Source: a virus (Duplodnaviria; Heunggongvirae; Uroviricota; Caudoviricetes). From it: a stretch of 64,000 nucleotides of DNA. The DNA is taken from positions 88,485-152,484 of IMG/VR virus record IMGVR_UViG_3300028886_000031; one strand, written 5' to 3'. Under the pieces are notes generated by a model. It searched no databases, was not told the DNA's origin, and saw only the letters and a program-made list of their open reading frames with translations. Below are positions 1 to 9,554 of this stretch, in pieces (position 1 is the first letter of the stretch; each line of letters begins with the position of its first letter). Made by a program: the position numbers and the translations under genes.

Positions 1-1
1 T

Positions 2-1759
2 GTTAAATATAATAACGGCACATTCCAGACATTACATATTGGATATAGAAAACTATATATTAGTGTTCTAGATTTCTATCATGTGTATTATAATGTTGGT
101 GATACATTTAAGAAGGGTGATATTATTGCTGAGTCTAATTTCATGAAGAGTGGAAAAATCTGTCTCGGCAAGAACCTGAGAGTATGTATAACTCCTTATT
201 ATGGTCTAAACTACGAGGATGCGATTGTGCTATCTGAAAGGGTTAGACGTGAAAAGATGTTTACATCTGTTCACTATAAAGAGATTGTAATAGAAGTTCC
301 GAAGAATAAGGTTCTGTTGAATATCACGGATAACAAAGATACCTATAAGGTAATTCCAAGTATTGGTGATCAGGTTAAACGTGGCGAGGTAATAGCTAAA
401 CTCAAAACAATTGATAAAGAGCGTTTCCCGAGCGTAATCTTTGAGAAGTGTTCTGAAGTTAAGAGTGATGAGGATGGTGAGGTAATAGATGTTAAGGTAT
501 ATGCTAACAAATGGAATACTGACTTTGAGCAATTTAATGATTTCGTTAAGAGTTCAATAGCTCAGAATAAGATAGAAAGGGATAACCTTGTCAAGGAAGT
601 TTCTGAATATCTAAATAGTGACGAACTTGAACAACTTGTATCTACATTGGATATTAATAAATCCGAGAAAAACAATTACAAGTACAAAGGTGATGTCATT
701 GATGGAGTTAGAATTGAATTAACAATTAAATATGACCGTGATCTTCAAATAGGTGATAAACTGGCAAATAGACATGGTAATAAAGGAACAATTTCAAGGT
801 TTGTTCCCGATGAGTTAATGCCTGTAAATCAGGAAGATGGAACTCGTGCCGATATTGTGATTAATCCTCTTGGTATTATTTCACGTATGAATGTCGGTCA
901 GGTATTTGAATGTCATTTGTCCGAAGCTGTTATGAACCTTCGTAAGAAGTGTCATGTAATGCTTCATGGTGCAAATGACACAGTAGTAATAAAGGATCCT
1001 GATATAGATGGTGTAAAGAATTATATTAATGGATTTATTGATATAATCGATTGTACAGAAAATAAAACATATTCGACTCAAGCTAAAGAAATTATTAATG
1101 GGTTGAATTTTATGCAATTGTGTTCATTGGTTAAAAACTTTACTGTAATTCAGCCTCCATTCCAGAGCATTGGAACGAAGGAACTTCAGAAAGCTATGGA
1201 ATATACAAACACTAAATATGAGGTTCGTGTATATGATCCTGTATGCAAAAAGGAAATCAAGAACGACCTTGTATTCGGTTGGCTCTATTATATGAAACTA
1301 AATCATATTTCCCAAGATAAGATTGCCTATAGAGGAATTGGACCATATTCGGCTAAAACAAATCAGCCGTTGTGTGGCAAATCCCGTAAAGGTGGTCAAA
1401 GACTTGGCGAGATGGAAATATGGGCTGTAATAGCACATGGTGATGAAAAGAATTTAAATGAGTTCATTACAACAAAATCAGATAGTATTCAATTGAGGAA
1501 CAAGTATATTTCCCATTGTATTGGAAACGAGGAACTCCTCGCAGACCAGGACGATGATAAGGTTCCACAATCACTTAGGTTGTTGGAAAGTTGCTTAAAG
1601 TCCATAGGTATAGATTTTAAGATCAACAGTGAGAAGACTGATGATGAAACCCAAGAGGTGACAGATACGGATCCGATCTTGGATGATCTTATGAATGAGG
1701 AAGATATGGAAGTCCTCGATGATACAAATGATACATACGATAGTGATGATAAGGAGTAA
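2..1759 (+). CDS. rpoB: DNA-directed RNA polymerase beta subunit, C-terminal part (5'-truncated by window; frame open from position 2)
   Basis: RpoB motifs LGKNLRVCITPYYGLNYEDAIVLSERV, GDKLANRHGNKGTISR, DIVINPLGIISRMNVGQVFE, YYMKLNH...GPYS..TNQPLCGKSRKGGQRLGEMEIWA, VPQSLRLL; acidic C-terminal tail. Confidence 0.95.
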   Translation, partial: VKYNNGTFQTLHIGYRKLYISVLDFYHVYYNVGDTFKKGDIIAESNFMKSGKICLGKNLRVCITPYYGLNYEDAIVLSERVRREKMFTSVHYKEIVIEVPKNKVLLNITDNKDTYKVIPSIGDQVKRGEVIAKLKTIDKERFPSVIFEKCSEVKSDEDGEVIDVKVYANKWNTDFEQFNDFVKSSIAQNKIERDNLVKEVSEYLNSDELEQLVSTLDINKSEKNNYKYKGDVIDGVRIELTIKYDRDLQIGDKLANRHGNKGTISRFVPDELMPVNQEDGTRADIVINPLGIISRMNVGQVFECHLSEAVMNLRKKCHVMLHGANDTVVIKDPDIDGVKNYINGFIDIIDCTENKTYSTQAKEIINGLNFMQLCSLVKNFTVIQPPFQSIGTKELQKAMEYTNTKYEVRVYDPVCKKEIKNDLVFGWLYYMKLNHISQDKIAYRGIGPYSAKTNQPLCGKSRKGGQRLGEMEIWAVIAHGDEKNLNEFITTKSDSIQLRNKYISHCIGNEELLADQDDDKVPQSLRLLESCLKSIGIDFKINSEKTDDETQEVTDTDPILDDLMNEEDMEVLDDTNDTYDSDDKE

Positions 1760-1762
1760 ATT

Positions 1763-2413
1763 ATGGAAGAAATGACAGTTGATATGGTTAAAGATATGAT
1801 TCTTAAAGGTGCCAGCAAAGAGAAAATTAAAGAAGCTCTTGAAAAGATATATCCTGGCGCTATGGAGAAGATAAAAGAGCTAATAGCCATTATTGGTGAT
1901 GATCCTGAAAGGGAGGGTCTACAAGACACTCCCTTCAGGGTTGTTAAAAGTTGGCTCGAGATATATGGTGGTTATAAATGCAATAATACAAAGCTGGATA
2001 CGTCATTTGAGGATGACACAGGTGATTTTGATGAGAGTCAGATTATAATGTGTAGGAATATAGATTTCTATTCTACATGTGAGCACCATATGATTCCTTT
2101 TCATGGATATTGTCATATTGGTTATCTTCCGAATAAGAAGGTCATTGGTGTATCTAAGTTAGTAAGAATTACAGAATATTTTGCAAAGAGACTTCAAATT
2201 CAAGAGAAGCTCTGTACACAGATTGCAGATTATATACAGAAAATTCTGGAACCACAAGGTGTTGGAGTTATTATAACTGCTGAGCATCTCTGTATGAAAG
2301 CCAGAGGAGTTCGTAATGCAACAAGCAATATGGTAACATCACAGATGCGTGGTAAATTTAGAACACAGATAGAGACTAGACAAGAGTTCTTATCACTAAT
2401 TGGTCTTAAGTGA
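1763..2413 (+). CDS. folE: GTP cyclohydrolase I (type 1)
   Basis: REGLQDTPFRV, STCEHHMIPFHG, GVSKLVR..EYFAKRLQIQE, AEHLCMKARGV; Zn ligands C/H/C present. Confidence 0.96.
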   Translation: MEEMTVDMVKDMILKGASKEKIKEALEKIYPGAMEKIKELIAIIGDDPEREGLQDTPFRVVKSWLEIYGGYKCNNTKLDTSFEDDTGDFDESQIIMCRNIDFYSTCEHHMIPFHGYCHIGYLPNKKVIGVSKLVRITEYFAKRLQIQEKLCTQIADYIQKILEPQGVGVIITAEHLCMKARGVRNATSNMVTSQMRGKFRTQIETRQEFLSLIGLK

Positions 2414-2439
2414 CCAGAAAAAGTTCTAAGGAGAAACCA

Positions 2440-3270
2440 ATGAACGAAGAAATGACGAATGAGATTCAAAATATGATTAATGTATCTGAAAATGATGAAG
2501 TTCAGAACGAACAAGAAAATGTAGTCAATGAGATAACTGAGACCGTTACGATGGGAAATATAGCTCCACAGGAAGTTGAAACAGAAGTTCCTGCTGTGGA
2601 AGAGGCTGCACCGGAAGCTGATCCTGTTGGTGATCCGACTGATGAGGCTGCACCGGAAGCTGATCCTGTTGTCGATCCGACTGTTCTTGTCGAGTCTGAT
2701 TGTGTAACTGTATCAGATGTTATTCTTCAAAATGTAGATAAACATATTAAGATGACTCTTTTGAATGATCTCGTTCACGCAAATTCTGCTGATGCTGACG
2801 TTTCCAATTACATTGTATATGTGAACACAGATAAGAAGATTCCGTGCATTTACGATTGTCAGAAATTGATTGTTCCGAAGGCATCTGTTCAGAATGCTGA
2901 TGGAACCTGGAACATCACGTCGATTGAAGGACGTCGTTCTGGTTTTGTGATTAAGTGTCCGGGACGTGACCTTGTTATGTCCAAGAACTTCATCTACGAT
3001 ATCATTTTCAATGAATCTGGAAATATCGTCAGCATTAGCGAATATAATCGCAAGCATGCAAACAACAATGTAGTTGTAGAAGTTCCGCCTTCTTTGGATT
3101 ATGATGTTGTTTCCTTCTGCATCTCTAGCGTACTTCCGAAGATTGTGAAATGTGGAAAGTATAAGACGATACCTGAGCTTTACGAGCAGGTTAAGAATAG
3201 CTACAACAATGTAGACGATATCAATGCAATGTTTAAAATTGCAGAACTTCGTTTGAAGATCGGTTGCTAA
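2440..3270 (+). CDS. Hypothetical protein with acidic, Pro/Ala-rich N-terminus
   Basis: Long ORF; AAGGAG at 2428-2433 favours ATG 2440 over the track start 2410. Confidence 0.75.
   Translation: MNEEMTNEIQNMINVSENDEVQNEQENVVNEITETVTMGNIAPQEVETEVPAVEEAAPEADPVGDPTDEAAPEADPVVDPTVLVESDCVTVSDVILQNVDKHIKMTLLNDLVHANSADADVSNYIVYVNTDKKIPCIYDCQKLIVPKASVQNADGTWNITSIEGRRSGFVIKCPGRDLVMSKNFIYDIIFNESGNIVSISEYNRKHANNNVVVEVPPSLDYDVVSFCISSVLPKIVKCGKYKTIPELYEQVKNSYNNVDDINAMFKIAELRLKIGC
2602..2682 (+). repeat. Tandem 42-bp in-frame duplication (EAAPEADPVxDPT x2)
   Basis: gaggctgcaccggaagctgatcctgttg..gatccgact at 2602 and 2644. Confidence 0.9.
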
Positions 3271-3292
3271 TCAGATAAGAGTTGATCCGTAA

Positions 3293-3388
3293 TTGAAGCA
3301 TTTATTTCATGATGCTGTGAGTGAAAAAGGTATTAACCTTTCGTTACGTGATCAGATACTCAAAAAAACTCTCAGAAATTTAAATTAA
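3293..3388 (+). CDS. Possible 31-aa small ORF (MKHLFHDAVSEKGINLSLRDQILKKTLRNLN)
   Basis: TTG start; stop overlaps next ATG (TAATG); fills the intergenic gap; no clear RBS. Confidence 0.3.
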   Translation: MKHLFHDAVSEKGINLSLRDQILKKTLRNLN

Positions 3389-4122
3389 TGATTAATCAAA
3401 AATGTCCACTTGTTCTGCATGATTTATATTATTATGATATAGTTAGTGCTTTTCCAACAATCATGCAGAACCAGAATTTTAATTTTGGAAATATTGATTT
3501 AACAAACAAACAAGAAAGAAATACTTTTATCGGTAAACAACAGATAAAGAACAAAAATTTATCTGGTTATTTAAATGATTCTGTTAAATATCTGACAGAT
3601 TTTTATTTGCAATATAATGAGATAGATGATGAGGACGTTATCTTTAGACAAAAAGATGGATTTATCTTAAAGACACTACTTCCTAAAAATAATCTATATA
3701 TAGAAATGTCTCTTAGACATACACTTCCACTTTTGTATATAGATACGAAACGAGAAGGCATGTTATACTTCGATGAGACAGATGAACTATATGTTAAGGG
3801 GGTTAGATATTATTATGAGAAATTGGATGAGATATATTCAAAGTTTCTTAATTTAGATTTTTATGATACACGGACTTTGTGTATTCAACTACAAGATATA
3901 AAAGATAGTGTTGTTAATAGTAATGATAAGCTTCTGTTCGGTATAAATGGGGATGATGTTCAATATACATTTATATTAAAGAATGGAAAGAAAGTACGTA
4001 CCTATGATCCAGACTTTGTAGAGTTGGACGAGATAGATAAATATAGATATTTTAACCATTATTTTAAACCATTCACTGATTCTGTTTTTATAGAAGGGAT
4101 TATCAATGGAAAAACAAACTAA
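3388..4122 (+). CDS. Small protein resembling a family-B DNA polymerase palm domain
   Basis: YYDIVSAFPTIM resembles motif A (DxxSLYPSI); IFRQKDGFIL resembles motif C; later LYVKG resembles the KG motif; only 244 aa. Confidence 0.45.
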   Translation: MINQKCPLVLHDLYYYDIVSAFPTIMQNQNFNFGNIDLTNKQERNTFIGKQQIKNKNLSGYLNDSVKYLTDFYLQYNEIDDEDVIFRQKDGFILKTLLPKNNLYIEMSLRHTLPLLYIDTKREGMLYFDETDELYVKGVRYYYEKLDEIYSKFLNLDFYDTRTLCIQLQDIKDSVVNSNDKLLFGINGDDVQYTFILKNGKKVRTYDPDFVELDEIDKYRYFNHYFKPFTDSVFIEGIINGKTN

Positions 4123-4564
4123 AGAATATATTTTTGATTGGGTTGTTGGTTTTGAAAATGAAGCCCTGGAACATATGAGGGAAGAAGTTATAAAGACAGC
4201 TGAGTTTAACTTCGGACCAGTTGGAAGGGATGTTGCTGAGAAGTATTATAGAGCAATTGATGGGGAAGAAGATTTCGATTCCGAGTCTATAGATGAGGAA
4301 TGTGACGATTGTAAAAAACGGGCACAAAAGATTGCCAAGAATATGCAACTTATTCAGTATATAAGCGCTATTCTTCTAAAGGATTCTTTAGATCAAGCTG
4401 TTCAGGATTCTGATTGTAATGAACTCTTGGACTGTGTTAATAAGAAAACTCATGAGATTTTTAATAAGACATGTTTTGATCTTGATCCAACTGAATTGAA
4501 GTTTAAACTACTTCTAAACGCTTGCCGGAGGTTACAGCCAAATGAATGTAACGGAACTGAATGA
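4106..4564 (+). CDS. Hypothetical protein
   Basis: 152-aa ORF overlapping neighbours in operon fashion. Confidence 0.7.
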   Translation: MEKQTKEYIFDWVVGFENEALEHMREEVIKTAEFNFGPVGRDVAEKYYRAIDGEEDFDSESIDEECDDCKKRAQKIAKNMQLIQYISAILLKDSLDQAVQDSDCNELLDCVNKKTHEIFNKTCFDLDPTELKFKLLLNACRRLQPNECNGTE

Positions 4565-5228
4565 AAATTTAGAAAATGATACACGGATTATAGTTAAGAA
4601 ATCTACAGATAGATTGAATTATTCAACAATATCCGATTATCTAGATGACTTTATACATACAGAGTATAAGAAATCTCTATCTGAACAAGATTGTTTAGAC
4701 AGATTTAGACGGACAATATTATTGTGCTGCAATACATTAAGAACTGTTAAATATGGTGAAATTATAGCCAGAACACTTAAGAACATGATTCGTATATATG
4801 TGAATTACGATAAGTTTGAATTGATAGATGTAGAGTATAGTCCTTTAAATTTCTGGTTCTATAAGTCTCATATATCACGTGTAGAAGATGGTGTACAGCA
4901 TATTGTTCTAATAGATAACGTAGAGTACGTTTGCTATAGAACATGTGTAGATAAAAAGGTAACACCGGATAAATGTTCTATCTTTGATATCGGTTCTTTT
5001 ATTATAGATTTTAAATTAAACAATGAGATAAAACATTGTGTATTTACATTCAAGATAACAAGAAATAGTGGACATAGAACAGTTATGCCAGATATAAAAA
5101 ATATAACAGAGGATACTTATCAAAAATTTATAGAATCTAGAGATAAGCTTGTTTCTGAGAATCCATATTTACGGAATAGTCAGTATTCAGATTATGACGA
5201 TAGTTTATTAACCATATTAGCCGTTTAA
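4542..5228 (+). CDS. Hypothetical protein
   Basis: 228-aa ORF, GGAGG upstream. Confidence 0.75.
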   Translation: MNVTELNENLENDTRIIVKKSTDRLNYSTISDYLDDFIHTEYKKSLSEQDCLDRFRRTILLCCNTLRTVKYGEIIARTLKNMIRIYVNYDKFELIDVEYSPLNFWFYKSHISRVEDGVQHIVLIDNVEYVCYRTCVDKKVTPDKCSIFDIGSFIIDFKLNNEIKHCVFTFKITRNSGHRTVMPDIKNITEDTYQKFIESRDKLVSENPYLRNSQYSDYDDSLLTILAV

Positions 5229-5242
5229 AGGAGTAACAAACA

Positions 5243-6370
5243 ATGAAAAACAATGCTATAAAGTACCAGGATGTAATAGATGGAAGTAGAAGCTATAAAC
5301 AGATTCTAGGTATACAAAAAGATACGAAAGAGTTCCTTCCGTATCATACTAAGAGGTTTATAGATTTTGTAAAAGAGGAATATCCAGAAAAACTAAATTC
5401 AAGTAATCTAGATATGTCTACTCTACTTATGATTTTAAGATATAGGAATTGTGATATTTCTATTCCTTATTATAAATCAACAACTGTTACAAGAGTAAAC
5501 AAAAATGAGATAGTAACAGATTCTGAAAGAAAAGGAAAAATATTATCACTTGTAAGCAACAAAGATACATTTAAGTTTAGTGTATTAATTGCTGATGAAA
5601 GTTATTCAGAGAAGAAATTTGATGGAACAATGACCAATTTCGTTCCAAAGAATTATTCTATTACTGGCGTAGATGGAAACTTTCACGAAAATTGGTCAGA
5701 GTTTAAATTTGATATAAATAATAAGGAAAAAGATTATTTTTCTGATATATTGGATAATTCTACAATACATTGCAAGAAGTTTGTTAATCCTCAGTTAGCA
5801 CAGGCGTTCTATTCTGAGTATTATAGAATACTTAAGACGTTAGATGATCGTCTTGATGCTGAAAGAAAATATATAACTAATATAAAGCAGACATACATAC
5901 CAAAATGCAAAACATTGCCTAATTCTGAGTTCACAAACGCTGATACATCTAAAAAAGTAGTAGACGAAAGTGCCAAGCAGTTCGAGTCCGTTAAGACGCT
6001 GTGTTTTGAGACAAAAATATCCAACCTCCCGGAACACTATAATTTTAACTATATTGTTGTAAATAATAGAACTCCAGAGCAAATTGTTTCCGAATGTGAA
6101 GATTTATTAGATGGATTACTTGGTGTTAAAGGTGAGATTCGTTTCCTTTATAGATTAATAGAATGTGCCTTCTCTAAAGTTAATCCATACAAAGAAGATA
6201 TGAAACCTTCAGATTTTCAGAAATATAATAGATGTGATTGTAAGTGGAATGAACAAACAGTAAGATTACCAAAAGGGAGAATCGATTGGTTCGAACTTAT
6301 GTTTAAGGATTACAGTATCTTAGTGAGGTACTATTATAAATCAATACAACAAAGAATAAACAAGGAATAA
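5243..6370 (+). CDS. Hypothetical protein
   Basis: 375-aa ORF, AAGGAG upstream. Confidence 0.8.
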   Translation: MKNNAIKYQDVIDGSRSYKQILGIQKDTKEFLPYHTKRFIDFVKEEYPEKLNSSNLDMSTLLMILRYRNCDISIPYYKSTTVTRVNKNEIVTDSERKGKILSLVSNKDTFKFSVLIADESYSEKKFDGTMTNFVPKNYSITGVDGNFHENWSEFKFDINNKEKDYFSDILDNSTIHCKKFVNPQLAQAFYSEYYRILKTLDDRLDAERKYITNIKQTYIPKCKTLPNSEFTNADTSKKVVDESAKQFESVKTLCFETKISNLPEHYNFNYIVVNNRTPEQIVSECEDLLDGLLGVKGEIRFLYRLIECAFSKVNPYKEDMKPSDFQKYNRCDCKWNEQTVRLPKGRIDWFELMFKDYSILVRYYYKSIQQRINKE

Positions 6371-6376
6371 TAATAA

Positions 6377-6556
6377 ATGTCAGATAAATGGAGATTTGAT
6401 CCAAATCGTGACTATACAGCCGACGAAGAGGATTATGGAAATAGACGTGGGAATTTCCAGCGTTTCAAAAATAGAAATAAAAAGAAACGCTCCCGTTTCA
6501 ATGATAATAATTCTGATGATGAGGATACAAGAGGAAAGCGTAATAGCTGGAGGTAA
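6377..6556 (+). CDS. 59-aa highly charged small protein (MSDKWRFDPNRDY...GKRNSWR), absent from the ORF track
   Basis: Manual translation; AAGGA upstream; fills the gap before the ligase. Confidence 0.7.
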   Translation: MSDKWRFDPNRDYTADEEDYGNRRGNFQRFKNRNKKKRSRFNDNNSDDEDTRGKRNSWR

Positions 6557-6559
6557 TTA

Positions 6560-7885
6560 ATGGCAGATCCAATTCTAAAGAGATTAGATGAATTAATATC
6601 TAGCCTTAATAGTACAAATGCCACAAACCAAAAGATTTTATTACTTAAAGAATATTCCGATTGCCAAAAAATTCTATCTTATACATATGATACAATTAAG
6701 TATCAATATGGTGTAACATCAGATAGTATTTTAAACATAGGTTCGACATTGGATTTGTCTGATGCCGTAGAGTATGTAGATTTAGAACATCTCTTGATTG
6801 CGTTATCGAACAGAACATTAACTGGTCATAACGCAATCAAGGCATGTATGAAATTTATACAACAAAATGATTCCTATAGAAACTTAATTCTTAAAGTTAT
6901 AGATAGAAATCTTGAGATACGAATTGGATCTCAGATTATTAATAAAATTTTTCCTGGTTGCATTAGTGAGTTTAGTGTAGCGTTAGCTAACTCACTTAGT
7001 GATTATGATCCAAACAGAACTAAAATAGATTTTACAAAAGACGAGTATATTGTAGAACGCAAACTTGATGGCGTTCGTACAATAGCCATTATAGATAAAG
7101 ATGGGAATATTACATTTAAATCTAGAAATGGTAAGATTTATAATACACTCGGTGTTATTGAAGATCAACTTAAATCTTTAAAACTTCATAATGTAGTTTT
7201 AGATGGTGAGTGCTGTTTATTGAATTCTGATGGTACGGATGACTTTCAAGGTATGATGAAAGAAATTCGTAGAAAAGACCATACGATTCAAAATGCAGCA
7301 TACCGTTGTTTTGACATAATACCTTTAGATAAATTCTATGCTAAAGCAGATGATACTCGGTATTCGTTTAGATATAATTGCTTACAAAGTGTACTTGGCA
7401 AAAATCTTCCTAATGTTGGATATGTAGACGCTTGGATGGTTAAATCATGGAAAGATGTAGATCAGTTACAAAAAATGGCTATTCAAAATAATTGGGAAGG
7501 TTTAATGCTTAGAAAAAATACAGCATACAAAGGAGATAGGTCTAATGACCTTCTTAAGATTAAACAGTTTAGTGAACATGAGTATGTTGTAAATGATATT
7601 GAAGTTGGACCATTTAGGGTCATCAATTATGATGCTAATGGAAAAGCATATGAAGCTACAGAAAATATAGTTACAACAATTTTTATTACACATGAGGGAA
7701 ATAAAGTTGGAGTTGGTTCAGGGATGTCTATAGATATGAGACGTTTGTGGACGAAGAACCCATCTTTAATTCTCGGTAAAACAATTACAGTTAAATATTT
7801 TGAAGAAACAATAGATAAAAATGGTAATAAGTCTTTGAGATTTCCAACTTTAAAAACAATTCATGGAATAGAACGTAATACATAA
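6560..7885 (+). CDS. ATP-dependent DNA ligase
   Basis: Motif I ERKLDGVR, III LDGE, IV EGLMLR, V LLKIK, VI SLRFP; GGAGG RBS. Confidence 0.95.
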   Translation: MADPILKRLDELISSLNSTNATNQKILLLKEYSDCQKILSYTYDTIKYQYGVTSDSILNIGSTLDLSDAVEYVDLEHLLIALSNRTLTGHNAIKACMKFIQQNDSYRNLILKVIDRNLEIRIGSQIINKIFPGCISEFSVALANSLSDYDPNRTKIDFTKDEYIVERKLDGVRTIAIIDKDGNITFKSRNGKIYNTLGVIEDQLKSLKLHNVVLDGECCLLNSDGTDDFQGMMKEIRRKDHTIQNAAYRCFDIIPLDKFYAKADDTRYSFRYNCLQSVLGKNLPNVGYVDAWMVKSWKDVDQLQKMAIQNNWEGLMLRKNTAYKGDRSNDLLKIKQFSEHEYVVNDIEVGPFRVINYDANGKAYEATENIVTTIFITHEGNKVGVGSGMSIDMRRLWTKNPSLILGKTITVKYFEETIDKNGNKSLRFPTLKTIHGIERNT

Positions 7886-7898
7886 AGGAGAATCAATT

Positions 7899-8261
7899 AT
7901 GTCAATTAAGAAAAAAGAATGCACTGAATCCAATGCTACATCTAACAAGACAGTAGAATATTCTTATAATCACTCTAGAGACTGGAGTATTGATGAATGT
8001 ATACATTTCTGTCTACAACAAGCTAGGGATGATAAATCTAATTCTGATATGTATTTAAAGATTATCAAGTACCTTCTTGATAAATGCCCTGTAACGTGGC
8101 ATTATCAACAGCAGCCTTGGTATCCGAACATTACTTATACAAATAATGATAAAAAGGTACAACCTGAATGGGATGAGATATATAAAGTAACGTGTGATCA
8201 CTCGCCAGAATTAAGTATCTCATCTAGCATGAATTGTCTTACGAAAGAACAGCATGAATAA
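7899..8261 (+). CDS. Hypothetical protein
   Basis: 120-aa ORF, AAGGAG upstream. Confidence 0.7.
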   Translation: MSIKKKECTESNATSNKTVEYSYNHSRDWSIDECIHFCLQQARDDKSNSDMYLKIIKYLLDKCPVTWHYQQQPWYPNITYTNNDKKVQPEWDEIYKVTCDHSPELSISSSMNCLTKEQHE

Positions 8262-8565
8262 AGTTGAGTATTCTTATATCATATATGATGATGATATTGG
8301 AGGAAATGTTAAGGAACAAAAATTTATAGATTTCGATACGCTATATGATGATATCGAACGTGATGTATATAGTTATTGTAGCGACTTTCCTGAGGGAGAG
8401 GAAAAGGACGATTTAGAGCTACATGATGAAAAATATTGGTCTGAACGAGCTGTGTTAAATAGTTTAGCAAGTTTCGATTTCCTTGGCGGTTTACGTGAAT
8501 GGGTATGTTGGTTCCCAGGACATCATAGAAAAATAATAGTATCATATGGCTGGGAAAAGAAATAA
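8254..8565 (+). CDS. Hypothetical acidic protein
   Basis: 103-aa ORF overlapping previous stop. Confidence 0.65.
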   Translation: MNKVEYSYIIYDDDIGGNVKEQKFIDFDTLYDDIERDVYSYCSDFPEGEEKDDLELHDEKYWSERAVLNSLASFDFLGGLREWVCWFPGHHRKIIVSYGWEKK

Positions 8566-8581
8566 TATACAATATTTATAA

Positions 8582-8620
8582 CAAAAAGTGGGTTACAGAT
8601 CGTTGTGATCCACTTTTTTG
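8582..8620 (+). terminator. Intrinsic terminator
   Basis: aaaaagtgggttaca / tgtgatccacttttt stem with G-U pairs on + strand, then T run. Confidence 0.75.
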
Positions 8621-8633
8621 TTGGAGATTTTTT

Positions 8634-8837
8634 ATGACAAAGAAAGAACGTAGAGATGTTAAAGATGCACTAGACCTTCTTATTAGATGCGAAAGAGTAA
8701 TTACAAATCTTATCAAGGATGGAACACTTGTAGATAAAGATATCTTAAGAGATCTCAAACTTAATGGCGTAACAGATGTAAGATCTAAACTAGATGATGA
8801 AAAAGAAAGACAAGAGAGTAAAAATGAAAGGCAATGA
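8634..8837 (+). CDS. Hypothetical protein
   Basis: 67-aa ORF, GGAG upstream. Confidence 0.6.
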   Translation: MTKKERRDVKDALDLLIRCERVITNLIKDGTLVDKDILRDLKLNGVTDVRSKLDDEKERQESKNERQ

Positions 8838-9057
8838 ATTTTTAAGTTATTGTAAAAAACTCCAGGCATGTGTCAAGGAGTATAAGAAACAAATTCATGA
8901 AACTGCAGATGATGAAGATGCAGCGTACTTCTATGACAAAGGTCTAAAAAAATGGATAAAAGACAATATGGAATCCTTGGATGTTTTAGCAACTCTAAAC
9001 TTGGATCGTGGTTTCGTAACATTTGTAAAGCATTATCTATTTTCAGAGGAAAATTAA
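8824..9057 (+). CDS. Hypothetical protein
   Basis: Likely start MKGNEF at 8824; stop overlaps next ATG. Confidence 0.6.
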   Translation: MKGNEFLSYCKKLQACVKEYKKQIHETADDEDAAYFYDKGLKKWIKDNMESLDVLATLNLDRGFVTFVKHYLFSEEN

Positions 9058-9554
9058 TGCAATTTGACATTATAGAGACATCTGTATCAGATGAAAAATT
9101 TAATGATAAAGTTTTTGAAATAACGGATACTAGAAAGTGTTCTTGTGTACATTTCGATTATCTGAAACAGTATGTTATAAAGTTTACGGATGTTCTATGT
9201 GATTACAAGACCAAACAACCAATAAAGGATCCAAGACTTGTAGATATAGATGTAAATCTTAGAAACTGGATGTTAAATTTTGATAGTGTAGAATCTCTAA
9301 ATCTTTTTAGAAACGAACTCTTGAATTATTATCAAGGTCGTTATCAGTTATATGTAAAGATTATATCTGATATAGAATCTAAGAATTTAGTTATAGACGG
9401 ATATGAAATACCAGAGAATCTTTTAACATTTAGAAAAGATTCTGATTCTGTATCTAAGTTAAAAAGAAATATTATTAAGATAGTTCCGTGTGTAACGGAA
9501 GATGTACTTAGTGAAAATGATACAACAGAAAAGGAGTCAACTGATGGGATGTGA
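9057..9554 (+). CDS. Hypothetical protein
   Basis: TAATG coupling and GAGGA upstream favour ATG 9057 (MQFDII). Confidence 0.65.
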   Translation: MQFDIIETSVSDEKFNDKVFEITDTRKCSCVHFDYLKQYVIKFTDVLCDYKTKQPIKDPRLVDIDVNLRNWMLNFDSVESLNLFRNELLNYYQGRYQLYVKIISDIESKNLVIDGYEIPENLLTFRKDSDSVSKLKRNIIKIVPCVTEDVLSENDTTEKESTDGM

